A stretch of 64,000 nt of DNA, taken from NCBI GenBank assembly GCA_031409335.1, contig JANNWY010000186.1:1-64000 (forward strand), given 5' to 3'. Position 1 is the first letter of the stretch; each line of letters begins with the position of its first letter. Source of the stretch: Chthoniobacteraceae bacterium. GTDB lineage: Bacteria > Verrucomicrobiota > Verrucomicrobiia > Chthoniobacterales > Chthoniobacteraceae. The position numbers and the translations under genes were made by a program. Below are positions 22,387 through 31,297 of this stretch, piece by piece. The notes beneath the pieces were generated by a model that saw only the letters and a program-made list of their open reading frames with translations, was not told the DNA's origin and did no database searches.

Positions 22387-22578
22387 TTACTCTTTCCGGG
22401 CGCGGGGACCGATATAGATGTGGCGCGTGATGAGTGCGGTCCGGCCAGTCTGATAGCTCGTGCGAAGCCTCCAGTCGGTGCCGTCGTGTAAGTATTCGGG
22501 AAACTGCACGCAATCGTCGCCAAAGAATGGGCGATGTCCGTCTTCCGCCTTCAGGAAAGTGCGCAAGAGGCGCGAAGC
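22387..22578 (-). pseudogene. Degenerate copy of the 3' end of the GH63 gene
   Basis: ASRLLRTFLKAEDGHRPFFGDD-CVQFPEY..SYQTGRTALITR..KE* matches the C-terminus encoded at 24740-24965 (40/63 identical by hand, plus an 11-codon deletion). Confidence 0.9.
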
Positions 22579-22604
22579 AAGTGGCTGCCAGGAAACTGCT
22601 TTGG

Positions 22605-23186
22605 TCACTTGAATGGGGGAAAGACCGCATTGATCGAAGGATCTTCCCGGAGATAGAGCACCCAAAGTGGCTGGCCGGGTTTGCGCTCCCGGATCGACTC
22701 GTCGTAGGCAACCAGCGAGCCCTGATATTCCCGGCCTTCCAGCGAGAAGCGGTAGATCAGTTTCCACGGGCTGACGCCGTTCATCGATTCTTCGGTAAAG
22801 CGGGTTACCGCGACCACCGCGCCTGCGACGGGTATGCCATGACGGAAGGCCTTTAGCAATTTGGAGCCGGTCGTCAGCCCGTGCCTCAGGATGGCCAATC
22901 CCCCGAGCACAACCAATCCTGCGACGAGCGCGGCCCACGGAAAAATGAGCAGCAGGATGAGCCCCGGCAGACCTCCCATGACTACGATGGCAAGACCCAT
23001 CGTGCTGGTCATGTTATTCGTCAGCCGCCGTCGCCAGGCATACCCTTTCGGTAGTTGCCGCGGGATGGCCGACGGTTCCTCGCCGAGTTCCATCCCGGGC
23101 CGGGGAGGCATGCGTCCGCCGCAGGCGTTGCACTTGTTTTGCCACTCGGGATAGGTCGTGCCACACCAGCCGCATTTGATATTCAT
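22605..23186 (-). CDS. Zinc-ribbon + two-TM + DUF3592-like protein (paralog 1, 193 aa)
   Basis: CGWC..CNAC, two TM helices, G...G.VV..Y.F...GREY.G..PGQPLWVLY..DP; start at MNIKC. Confidence 0.75.
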   Translation of the reverse strand: MNIKCGWCGTTYPEWQNKCNACGGRMPPRPGMELGEEPSAIPRQLPKGYAWRRRLTNNMTSTMGLAIVVMGGLPGLILLLIFPWAALVAGLVVLGGLAILRHGLTTGSKLLKAFRHGIPVAGAVVAVTRFTEESMNGVSPWKLIYRFSLEGREYQGSLVAYDESIRERKPGQPLWVLYLREDPSINAVFPPFK

Positions 23187-23202
23187 GGGAGTACGGGAAG
23201 AG

Positions 23203-23784
23203 TCAAGCGAGCGGAGGATAGATCGTGCTGGCCGACGGATGCTTCGACAGGTAGAGCACCCAGATCGGCTCGCCCGCCGACCGCGTGCGCACGAGGTTGT
23301 CGAGGGTGGAGAAAGAGCCCGCGCGTTCCACGCCATTGACCGTGAAGGTGTATTTGAAAATCCACGGAGCCTTCATCCCTTTCTGCCCGGCGTAGAGCGG
23401 ATCCTTTTCGATGGAAACCACCTTTCCCTCCGTAGCCATGCCATGTCGATAAGCCTTTAACACCCTTGATGAGTGGGCCACCCCCCGGCACAAGGCGCAG
23501 AAGCCGGTGAGCATGAAAAAGCCGGGGAATAGCGCGAACCAAGTCTTTTTTGCCGCAAACAGGGCGAACATCACTGAGCCAAAAAAGAAGAAGACGAGGC
23601 CAAAGACGGTGTTGAAGTTTTGCGACCATCGCTGTCGCGTGGCAAACCCGCGTGGTAACTTCCGGGGAGCTGGGCCCGGCGGCGGACCGAGCCCACCACC
23701 CTCTGGCGGAAGGCTGCCGCCGCAAAAAGTGCATTGTGGTTGCCACTGGTCATAGACAACCCGGCACCAACCGCAGGTCAACAT
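23203..23784 (-). CDS. Zinc-ribbon + two-TM + DUF3592-like protein (paralog 2, 193 aa)
   Basis: CGWC..CTFC, PRKLP, two TM helices, GEPIWVLY..HP; colinear with paralog 1. Confidence 0.78.
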   Translation of the reverse strand: MLTCGWCRVVYDQWQPQCTFCGGSLPPEGGGLGPPPGPAPRKLPRGFATRQRWSQNFNTVFGLVFFFFGSVMFALFAAKKTWFALFPGFFMLTGFCALCRGVAHSSRVLKAYRHGMATEGKVVSIEKDPLYAGQKGMKAPWIFKYTFTVNGVERAGSFSTLDNLVRTRSAGEPIWVLYLSKHPSASTIYPPLA

Positions 23785-23932
23785 GGCCGAATGGTGACGC
23801 CCATCGCCGGTGTGATCAATCGCTTTTCCGGTGTCTGGGACGGGGTCCTTTGGCAGCTTTCCGCTCGCCCGATCCCGTGTCCCATTTCGTCAAACAAGCG
23901 CCGGGCCGCCAACCGCGAAGTGGCCAGACCCG

Positions 23933-24448
23933 CTACGACCGCTTCACGTAAATACCGAGCACCGGGCGCGGGTATGGCGTTGGGGAGAAAAAATCGCTGA
24001 CGAAGCCGCGTTCGGTGCGCAGCTCGACGTGGCCCGCGTCTCGGCCGCCATAGACGACCACTGCGCCGACCGGAGCCCGTCGAGGGTCGTTTTCGGGGAG
24101 TTTTTTGAAGCCGAAGTGGCGCTCCAATTCCTCGCCAGCTTGCCGGGCGTAGAGAGTCGTGGGCCGCGAATGAACGACTTGGGCCGCGAGCAGCGCATTT
24201 TTCACGTAAGCCCAGCAATGCCAGGTGGTGCGTTCGTGCGCGCGATCCTGAGCCAGTTTTACCGCGCGGAGCATCCGCGCATCGTAGCGCAACCCCTTCG
24301 AAGCGGGGCCGAGGCGCTGTTGCTCCCAGGCATTCGGACGCCTCGCGCCTTCCCCTTTGTAAAGCGATCTGTCGGCTCCGAAGGTAACACTGTGTCCGCC
24401 CATGAGGAGAAAAAAGCAGGGGATAACGTGGCGGCGCATGTAGGACAA
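23933..24448 (-). CDS. Secreted NlpC/P60/CHAP-like cysteine amidase
   Basis: CWAYVKNAL, APVGAVVVY, GHVE, FVSDF (Cys-His-Asp); signal-like N-terminus. Confidence 0.7.
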   Translation of the reverse strand: MSYMRRHVIPCFFLLMGGHSVTFGADRSLYKGEGARRPNAWEQQRLGPASKGLRYDARMLRAVKLAQDRAHERTTWHCWAYVKNALLAAQVVHSRPTTLYARQAGEELERHFGFKKLPENDPRRAPVGAVVVYGGRDAGHVELRTERGFVSDFFSPTPYPRPVLGIYVKRS

Positions 24449-24569
24449 ATACTTACAACTGCGGCGATCCTACGGGCGTTCTGAGGCTCGTCAATGACTA
24501 CTTTGCGCCATTTCCGAATTCCTCCGTTCTCTCAAAAGGTGACCGAACTTTCGTGAAAATAGCAAAGCT

Positions 24570-24592
24570 CCGCAGCGGATCGGACGCTGCGG
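24570..24592 (-). terminator. Possible terminator hairpin downstream of the GH63 gene
   Basis: 8-bp stem ccgcagcg/cgctgcgg followed on the minus strand by agctttgctatttt; weak U-tract. Confidence 0.3.
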
Positions 24593-24739
24593 CGCTGGGG
24601 GATTTTTACGCGGCGATGTCGCGCGGGGGTTCGGCCATCTGCTGCCGTGTGGCGAGCATTTGCATGATGGCTTGGAAGCGTCCGACTTTGCTGCTGCCAG
24701 GTGCAAGAAGGGGTTGCTTCTTGAATTTCGCTCCGGTGG

Positions 24740-27397
24740 CTACTCCTCACGGACCCGCGCCACCATGTTGATGCAGCGCGTGATGAGCGCGGTCCAGCCG
24801 GTCTGATGGCTCGCGCCGAGGCCGCGGCCGGTGTCGCCCTGGAAGTATTCGTGAAACTGCACGCAGTCGCGCCAGTGGGGGTCGTCGCGGAAGCGCGGGT
24901 CGTCGCCGAAGAATGGGCGGTGGCCGTCTTCGCCTTTCAGGAAAATGCGCGAGAGGCGTGTGGCGATTTCGAGCGCGACTTGCTGGAGGTTCATGAAATT
25001 GCCGGAGCCGGTCGGGCATTCCACCTGCACGGTGTCGCCGTAGAAATGATGATACTTTTCGAGCGCCTCGATCAGCAGGTAATTGATCGGAAACCAGATC
25101 GGTCCGCGCCAGTTCGAGTTGCCGCCAAACATGCCGGTGCGCGATTCGGCGGGCTCGTATTGGATGCCGTATTCGTTGCCGTCGATTTTAAGCTGGTAAG
25201 CTTTTTCGTAGTAGGCGCGCGAGAGCGAGCGGATGCCGTGCGGCGAGAGGAATTCCGATTCGTCGAGCACGTAGCGCAGCACGCGCTTGAGCCGCTCGGT
25301 CGATGGGATCGCGAGCAGGCGGATTTCCTCGCCGGGCTGGCCGGGTTTGCCGGCGCGCTCCATGTAGCTGACGTGGCGGCTGAGGTCCTTGCGATTATCC
25401 AGAAACCAGCGCATCCGCTTGCGGAAACCGGGGAGCGATTTGATGACTTCCTGATCGAGCACCTCGACCGCGAGCAGCGGGATGATGCCGACGAGCGAAC
25501 GCACGCGGAGCGGGATTTCGGTGCCATCATCGACGAGGATTTTGTCGTAGTAAAAGCCGTCGCCTTCGTGCCAGAGACCGTCGCCGCCGAGGGTGTTCAT
25601 CGCGTCGATGATATCGACGAAGTGTTCGAAAAATTTGGAGGCGATGTCTTCGTAAGCGGGCCGGTCGCGCGCGAGTTCGAGCGCCATCGAGAGCATCGTC
25701 GCGCAGTAGAAAGCCATCCACGCGGTGCCATCGGCCTGCTGGAGCTGGCGGCCATTGGGCAGCGGATTCGAGCGGTCGAACAGGCCGATGTTGTCGAGCC
25801 CGAGGAAGCCGCCGCCAAAGAGGTGCTTGCCCTTGGTGTCCTTGCGATTGACCCACCAGGTGAAATTCAGCAGGAGCTTTTGGAAGCAGCGTTCCAGAAA
25901 GAGCGTATCGCGTTTCCCATGCGGCGCGCCGATTTTGTAAGTGCGCCAGCAGGCCCATGCGTGGACGGGCGGATTGACGTCGGAAAAATTCCACTCGTAC
26001 GCGGGGATTTGCCCGTTCGGGTGCATGTACCATTCGCGCAGGAAAAGCTGGAGCTGCTCCTTGGCAAAGTCGCGATCGAGGCGCGCGAACGGGATCATGT
26101 GAAAGGCGAGATCCCACGCCGCGTACCACGGGTATTCCCACTTATCGGGCATCGAGATCACGTCGTTGTTGAACAGATGCGGCCAATCGGAATTGCGCGA
26201 AGTCGCGTGCCCTTTCGGTGGCGGCGGCATCGCGGGATCGCCTTCCATCCACTGTTTCACGACGTAGCCATACCATTGCTTTGACCACAGCAGCCCCGCA
26301 TAAGCCTGCCGCACCACGAGCCGCTGATCGGCGGTCAATTTATCCGGCAGCCGCGAGGCGTAAAAGACATCGGCCTCCGCGATGCGTTGGCGGAAGACTT
26401 TGTCGAAATCCACCCATGGCCCATGCATGTCGTCCACTTCAGGCCGCAGACGGACGCGCAGGACGACTTCGCCGCCGGCGGGGATGTTGCACATGAAATG
26501 CGCGGCGGCTTTCGTGCCGCGGTGCGCGGGGTTCACGGCATCGCGCCGACCGGTAACGATGTAGTCGTGAAACGCATCCTTCACGAACGGCGTCGCATTC
26601 GCGCAACCGTAGAGCCGCGCGTTGTTCGTTTCATTCTCGGTGAACAACAACTCGCGCGCGCCGTCGGCCTCGAATCGAAACGTGCCGAGCGTCCGGTGGG
26701 TCGCGGTGATCGTGGCAGAATTCAGCAGCGCGAGCTCGGGCCTGGCCGAGCCGTTCCACGTCCACACATTGCGAAACCAAATCGTCGGCAGCGCGTGGAT
26801 CGTCGCCGCCTCGGGGCCGCGGTTGGCGATGGTGATGCGGATGCAAATGTCCTCCTGCGCGGCCTTCGCGTATTCCACAAAAATATCGAAGTAACGCCCG
26901 TCATCGAACACGCCCGTGTCGCCGATCTCGAATTCGCGATCCTGGCGCGAGCGGCGCGCATTTTCATCGAGCAAACGCGCGTACGGAAACTCCGCGTGCG
27001 GATATTTGTAGAGCGCGCGCATGTAGGAATGGGTCGGCGTCGAATCGAGATACCAGTAAGCCTCCTTCACATCCTCGCCGTGATTGCCCTGCGGGTTCGA
27101 AAGCCCGAAGAGGCGCTCCTTCAAGATGGCGTCGCGCCCATTCCAAAAAGCCGGCGCGAAGCAGAGACGGCATTGGCGATCGGTGATGCCGAACAGCCCG
27201 TCCTCGCCCCAGCGATACGCGCGGCTGCGCGCGTGCTCGTGCGGGAGATGATTCCACGCATCGCCATTCGGCGAGTAATCCTCGCGCACCGTGCCCCATT
27301 GCCGTTCCGAAAGATACGGCCCCCAGCGTTTCCAATTTTTTTCGCGGCGCGCGTCTTCATCGAGACGGAGTTGCTCTGGCGTGTGATGAGGCACCAT
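24740..27397 (-). CDS. GH63 / MGH1-like glucosidase
   Basis: WGPYLSERQWGTVREDYS, MPDKWEYPWYAAWDLAFH, GLDN, NSNWRGPIW, GASHQTGWT. Confidence 0.93.
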   Translation of the reverse strand: MVPHHTPEQLRLDEDARREKNWKRWGPYLSERQWGTVREDYSPNGDAWNHLPHEHARSRAYRWGEDGLFGITDRQCRLCFAPAFWNGRDAILKERLFGLSNPQGNHGEDVKEAYWYLDSTPTHSYMRALYKYPHAEFPYARLLDENARRSRQDREFEIGDTGVFDDGRYFDIFVEYAKAAQEDICIRITIANRGPEAATIHALPTIWFRNVWTWNGSARPELALLNSATITATHRTLGTFRFEADGARELLFTENETNNARLYGCANATPFVKDAFHDYIVTGRRDAVNPAHRGTKAAAHFMCNIPAGGEVVLRVRLRPEVDDMHGPWVDFDKVFRQRIAEADVFYASRLPDKLTADQRLVVRQAYAGLLWSKQWYGYVVKQWMEGDPAMPPPPKGHATSRNSDWPHLFNNDVISMPDKWEYPWYAAWDLAFHMIPFARLDRDFAKEQLQLFLREWYMHPNGQIPAYEWNFSDVNPPVHAWACWRTYKIGAPHGKRDTLFLERCFQKLLLNFTWWVNRKDTKGKHLFGGGFLGLDNIGLFDRSNPLPNGRQLQQADGTAWMAFYCATMLSMALELARDRPAYEDIASKFFEHFVDIIDAMNTLGGDGLWHEGDGFYYDKILVDDGTEIPLRVRSLVGIIPLLAVEVLDQEVIKSLPGFRKRMRWFLDNRKDLSRHVSYMERAGKPGQPGEEIRLLAIPSTERLKRVLRYVLDESEFLSPHGIRSLSRAYYEKAYQLKIDGNEYGIQYEPAESRTGMFGGNSNWRGPIWFPINYLLIEALEKYHHFYGDTVQVECPTGSGNFMNLQQVALEIATRLSRIFLKGEDGHRPFFGDDPRFRDDPHWRDCVQFHEYFQGDTGRGLGASHQTGWTALITRCINMVARVREE

Positions 27398-27464
27398 CCG
27401 CGGAGGGTAGGTAGTTACCGGGCGCGGCGACAAGCATTGAACGAGCGGTCCTACGCGACCGCGG

Positions 27465-28178
27465 CTACTTGTTCTTGTTCAGCAGCTCGCGCAGATCCTC
27501 GATGGACAACTCCTTCATCTGCCCGATCCGCTCGACTGGCGTGATGTAACGCCGTCCGCCGGTGCTCGCGCCGATCTCACCGCCGGTCGTGACCATCCCA
27601 CTGGCCCCGCGCCAGTTGGCGGCTTCCTTTGGATCGACCGGCGTTTCCATTTTCTTTTTCTCTTTGCCCAGATACTGGCGGCTGCCGTCGGGCAGCGTGC
27701 GCACGGCCACCGCCAGATCGGCTTCCCTCGCCTCTTTTGTCGCCGCGGTTTTCGTGTCCGCCCTTTTCGTCGCGTTCGGGATTTCGTAGTTCCCGCCCGT
27801 CCGCGCGGCCCGAGTCGCGAAGCGCTGATCGCCGAATGCCGACTGCTTCGATCCCCAGAACTGGCCCGCTTTGTAAGATTTCGTCGTCACCTTCTGCACG
27901 TAGTTGAAATCCTTCACGTTCGCCGAGCCGGTGTTGTAAGAACGCTTCGATCCGGTGTTCGTGTTTTTCATGTCGAATGACTTGTCCGGGTCCAGCACGA
28001 GCATTTCAGACCACCGCTCCGTCCCGGCGGCGCCGCGATTGTTCAGCGCATTCATCCGCTGCGATTCCACCACGCGGCTGTTTTCCTGTTTGCGAACGCG
28101 CTCGGCTTTCTCCTCCGGCGAGGCGCAGGACGCGCAGAGCAGGGCGCAGGCAAGTGACATGGGAAAGTGGAAGCGCAC
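27465..28178 (-). CDS. Hypothetical lipoprotein
   Basis: Lipobox-like LCASC; Lys/Thr-rich body; ends LSIEDLRELLNKNK; start uncertain (GTG 28178 or ATG 28160). Confidence 0.65.
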   Translation of the reverse strand: MRFHFPMSLACALLCASCASPEEKAERVRKQENSRVVESQRMNALNNRGAAGTERWSEMLVLDPDKSFDMKNTNTGSKRSYNTGSANVKDFNYVQKVTTKSYKAGQFWGSKQSAFGDQRFATRAARTGGNYEIPNATKRADTKTAATKEAREADLAVAVRTLPDGSRQYLGKEKKKMETPVDPKEAANWRGASGMVTTGGEIGASTGGRRYITPVERIGQMKELSIEDLRELLNKNK

Positions 28179-28268
28179 ACTAGAGCAGTGCCACCGGAGC
28201 GCCGCGGTGTAAAGTTCCCGATTTTCGCGCGACGACGGAGCGCCGCTATTTCCGCGGTGAATCAATGG

Positions 28269-29135
28269 TCACGACATCGCTTCACAGCCCCGACGCTTGC
28301 GCGACCGTGAGAAGGCAAAGACTGCTCCGGTCGCCAGGAGCAGCGCGCTCGTCGGCTCGGGAATGGTGCTGACGACAAGATTGTCGTAAGAGCGATGCAC
28401 CAAAACACTGCTGCTGAAACTCAGCGCGCCGAAATTTGCCCCGCCGAGGACCGAGAAATTGTAGGCGGAACCGCCATCGATGCTGACCGAGCCGCTGATG
28501 CTATCGGTAGCACCGTACGCGCCCGGCGAAGCAGGGATGAAGGTAAGGAGCACAAAATGCGGAGTGGTCGGTGTGCCATAGTCCAGCGGCCCGGTGGCGG
28601 CAGTCCCGGGCAGGAAGACGCCATCCTGGAAGAACTGGGTGTTGCCGACGTTTGGGCCAGCCGCTTGCTGGAAGAGCAGCGCAAAGTCGGCGTTGGTTGT
28701 CGTGAAGGCGGAACCTGCAATCGCGGTTGCCGTATTGACTCCCAATCCCACGGTAAGAAAACCGTTGCCAGTTGTAGGATTGAAGGGATGAAAACGGCTG
28801 AACGTGAAAGAGACGGAGAAGCCTTGGGAGGCGAGGGTCGTCACGTCAAAATCGTAGAACGCACTGCCATCCGCGGTCGATGCGAGCGCGCCGTCGGTTA
28901 CTTGATTGGCGCCACCCGTCCGGTTCGGCCCCACCACCCATGCCTGTTAGATCGTCCCGCCGAGCGCATTGTCGTTCGTTCCCCAGCTTGAAAAGTTAGC
29001 CGGATTCGCGGGCTTTCCATTCGGGTCGCCACTCCCTGTGACGCGGTTGAAGGAATCAGAGTAGATGACCTGGGCGGATGCCGAAGTGGCCAGGGTGAGA
29101 CTTGAGAGAGCTAACAGGAGATGTTTAGGGTTCAT
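28269..29135 (-). pseudogene. PEP-CTERM protein interrupted by an in-frame TAA at 28947-28949
   Basis: The signal-peptide ORF (28947-29135) and the IPEPTSALLL..RKRR ORF (28269-28937) are in the same frame, separated by one stop. Confidence 0.85.
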
Positions 29136-29201
29136 AATTTTTTTTGGGTTGCCAGTTTTTGTGTGGGTGGAGATAGGTAGAAAGGAGCTATACTGCCAGT
29201 C

Positions 29202-29216
29202 ATCACAATTTGTGAT
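29202..29216. promoter_or_regulatory. Possible operator palindrome ATCACAA-T-TTGTGAT
   Basis: Perfect 7-bp IR in AT-rich DNA about 70 nt upstream of the PEP-CTERM start. Confidence 0.3.
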
Positions 29217-29352
29217 TCACATTGGGCAGCGGTTTCTCAATTCATGAGGACAGGAAGTATATTTCGATGCGCGCGAATCGTAACTGACGATCTTGAGCTG
29301 TCTATTAGCCGAAAGGCTAATAGGGGCGTGTTTGTAAACGCCGATCTTCCCC

Positions 29353-29536
29353 AGCCTGAAAGGCTGAAACAACACAGCCCAGGGCAACGCCCTGGGATGC
29401 AGTGGAACGGAAGCCAGCCCTGAAAGGGCGGGAGAAGGGCATGAACGCTCATTGTCGCGCCCTTTCAGGGCTGGTGACTCTGGAAACGGTGACCCAGGGC
29501 GTTTCCCTGGGCTTTGTTGTATCAGCCTTTCAGGCT
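29353..29536. repeat. Large REP-like inverted repeat with GAAA/GCAA-loop sub-hairpins
   Basis: Arm 29353-29435 (agcctgaaaggct, cccagggcaacgccctggg, gccctgaaagggc) mirrored by 29453-29536; extra hairpin ctattagcc-gaaa-ggctaatag at 29302-29323. Confidence 0.85.
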
Positions 29537-29563
29537 TTTGGACCATCAGTTTACAACCGCGCC

Positions 29564-30199
29564 CTAACTCAAGTGGATGAAGCCGCGCTGGATGGCCAGG
29601 GTGGCTGCCTCGGTGCGGTCGGCGGCGCCTAGTTTGGCCATCAGGCTGCGAACGTGCGCTTTTGCGGTGAATTCGGTGAATTTTAACTGCTCGGCGATTT
29701 CCCGATTGGTCAGTCCCTTGGCCACGAGCGGCAGGACTTCGCGTTCCCGCTCGGTGAGCACTCCGTAGGCCGCGCGTTCCGCGAGGCGCAGCGCGACCTC
29801 CGGCGGCATGTAGCTTTGGCCGTGAGCCGCCGCGTCCACGGCGCGCAGCAATTCCTCGCCCGGCACGCTTTTCAGCAGATACCCACACGCCCCGGCCTCC
29901 ATCGCACTGTGAATGTCCTCGTCCCCGTCAAAGGTCGTCAGCATGAGAATCCGCGCCTTTGGCCACTCTGCGCGGATCGCGCGGATTGCCTCGATGCCGT
30001 TGCGTCCCGGCAGCCGCAGATCCATCAGCGTGACGGCGGACTGATGTTTCCGGTAAAGGGTCACCGCCTCTTCGAGCGTGCCCGCCTCGGCTACCACTTG
30101 GAAATTTGCGCGCAGCGAAAAAATCGCCCGCAGCCCGGCGCGGAAGACAAAATGATCTTCCACCACCATCAGCGTGATTGTCTCGGGATTGGTTTTCAT
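29564..30199 (-). CDS. NarL/LuxR-family response regulator
   Basis: VEDH, LMDLRLP, LTTF, GYLLK; HTH LTEREREVL..GLTNREIA. Confidence 0.95.
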   Translation of the reverse strand: MKTNPETITLMVVEDHFVFRAGLRAIFSLRANFQVVAEAGTLEEAVTLYRKHQSAVTLMDLRLPGRNGIEAIRAIRAEWPKARILMLTTFDGDEDIHSAMEAGACGYLLKSVPGEELLRAVDAAAHGQSYMPPEVALRLAERAAYGVLTEREREVLPLVAKGLTNREIAEQLKFTEFTAKAHVRSLMAKLGAADRTEAATLAIQRGFIHLS

Positions 30200-30202
30200 C
30201 AG

Positions 30203-30645
30203 TTAGGTTTTTGAACTGCCATTCAGCGTGAGCGGGACGTGGACGCGGAGCTCCGTACCCTCTTCCGCAGACGATTGGATTTCCAGTTCGCCGTCCAGCG
30301 CGGCCAGCCGTTCGGCCATGCCATTGAGTCCGTAGTGACCCTCATCCGAAGGTGCCTGCGACCTGTCAAATCCCACGCCATCGTCCCGCCCCGCAGCGTC
30401 ACGCTGTCCGTTTCCTGATGTAGCAGCAGCCAGATATGCTGTGCGGACGCGTGCTTCAGCGCATTCGTGATGCCCTCTTGCGCCACGCGGAAAAGATGCC
30501 CCGCCACCGCCGCGGGCTGCTCGCCGCGCAGGCCGGTCAACTCGACGGAGATCGCCGGTCCCGAGGCATCCGCCAGCGCGCCGACCATCTGTTCCATCGC
30601 CTCGCCGAGGCCGGCATCCTCCAGTGCCAGCGCCCGCAGTCCTCG
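30203..30645 (-). pseudogene. Truncated, frameshifted NarX-type sensor histidine kinase (HATPase end only)
   Basis: GLRALALEDAGL..LFRVAQEGITNALKHA, then a 1-nt loss near 30389-30392, then RDDGVGF..GLNGMAER..GTEL; no 5' part. Confidence 0.88.
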
Positions 30646-31112
30646 GGCTGGGTGGGACGTGGAATATGAACCGCGCGATTTCCGGCACGGGGAAAGTGCT
30701 CAAGCAGGGCACCGGCGATGTGACCATCAGCGGCGCGCAAAGTTACGCCGTGCTCGAAACGACCGGCGGCACCACGACGCTCACGACTTCGCTCGCGAAT
30801 GCGGTGATCAACAACACGAGCGGCACGCTCAACTTCAACGCCGACGCGACCAACTCGACGCTGAACGTGGATGCGATCACCAATTTCGGCGTGAGCCAGA
30901 CCCTCGCTGCGCTCGACATCGCCGACGGAGCCATCGCGACACTCGGCGCGCCAGGCATGGCTCCGGAACCCGAGTTCGACGGCGGCTTCGCTGGAAATAC
31001 CGTGCAGGCCGTGCCGGAACCAGGAGCCTTCGCTTTGCTGTTGAGCGGCCTCGCGACGGCGTTCGGCCGCCGTCGCCGCATGAAACGCTGGTCGGGGGCA
31101 GACCTGCGTTGA
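30645..31112 (+). pseudogene. 3' fragment of an autotransporter-repeat PEP-CTERM gene
   Basis: ISGTGKVLKQGTGDVTISGAQSY repeat, SQTLAALDIADGA, QAVPEPGAFALLLSGLATAFGRRRR; no signal peptide or proper start. Confidence 0.8.
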
Positions 31113-31297
31113 TGGCTGACGCCAGCCCATCGGGAGGGAACGCGCGCGCCGGAAAACAGGGTGCTGCGCGCTTTGGTTGGACTTAGTTTTTTGCCATTTT
31201 GAAATCGCGGGGTAATCTCCCGCGTTCAGTGCGCGTGAGAGTTTCGGCGCGCAGGACGAGCTTCTCCCACATACACACTTCCACCCACTCCCGACCC

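Noticed and set aside
22301..22711. Long N-terminal extension of the 1791-aa ORF
   Set aside because: Overlaps the GH63 relic and a neighbouring gene; a clear signal peptide begins at Met 22300
24491..24739. Short ORFs downstream of the GH63 gene
   Set aside because: No motif or convincing start
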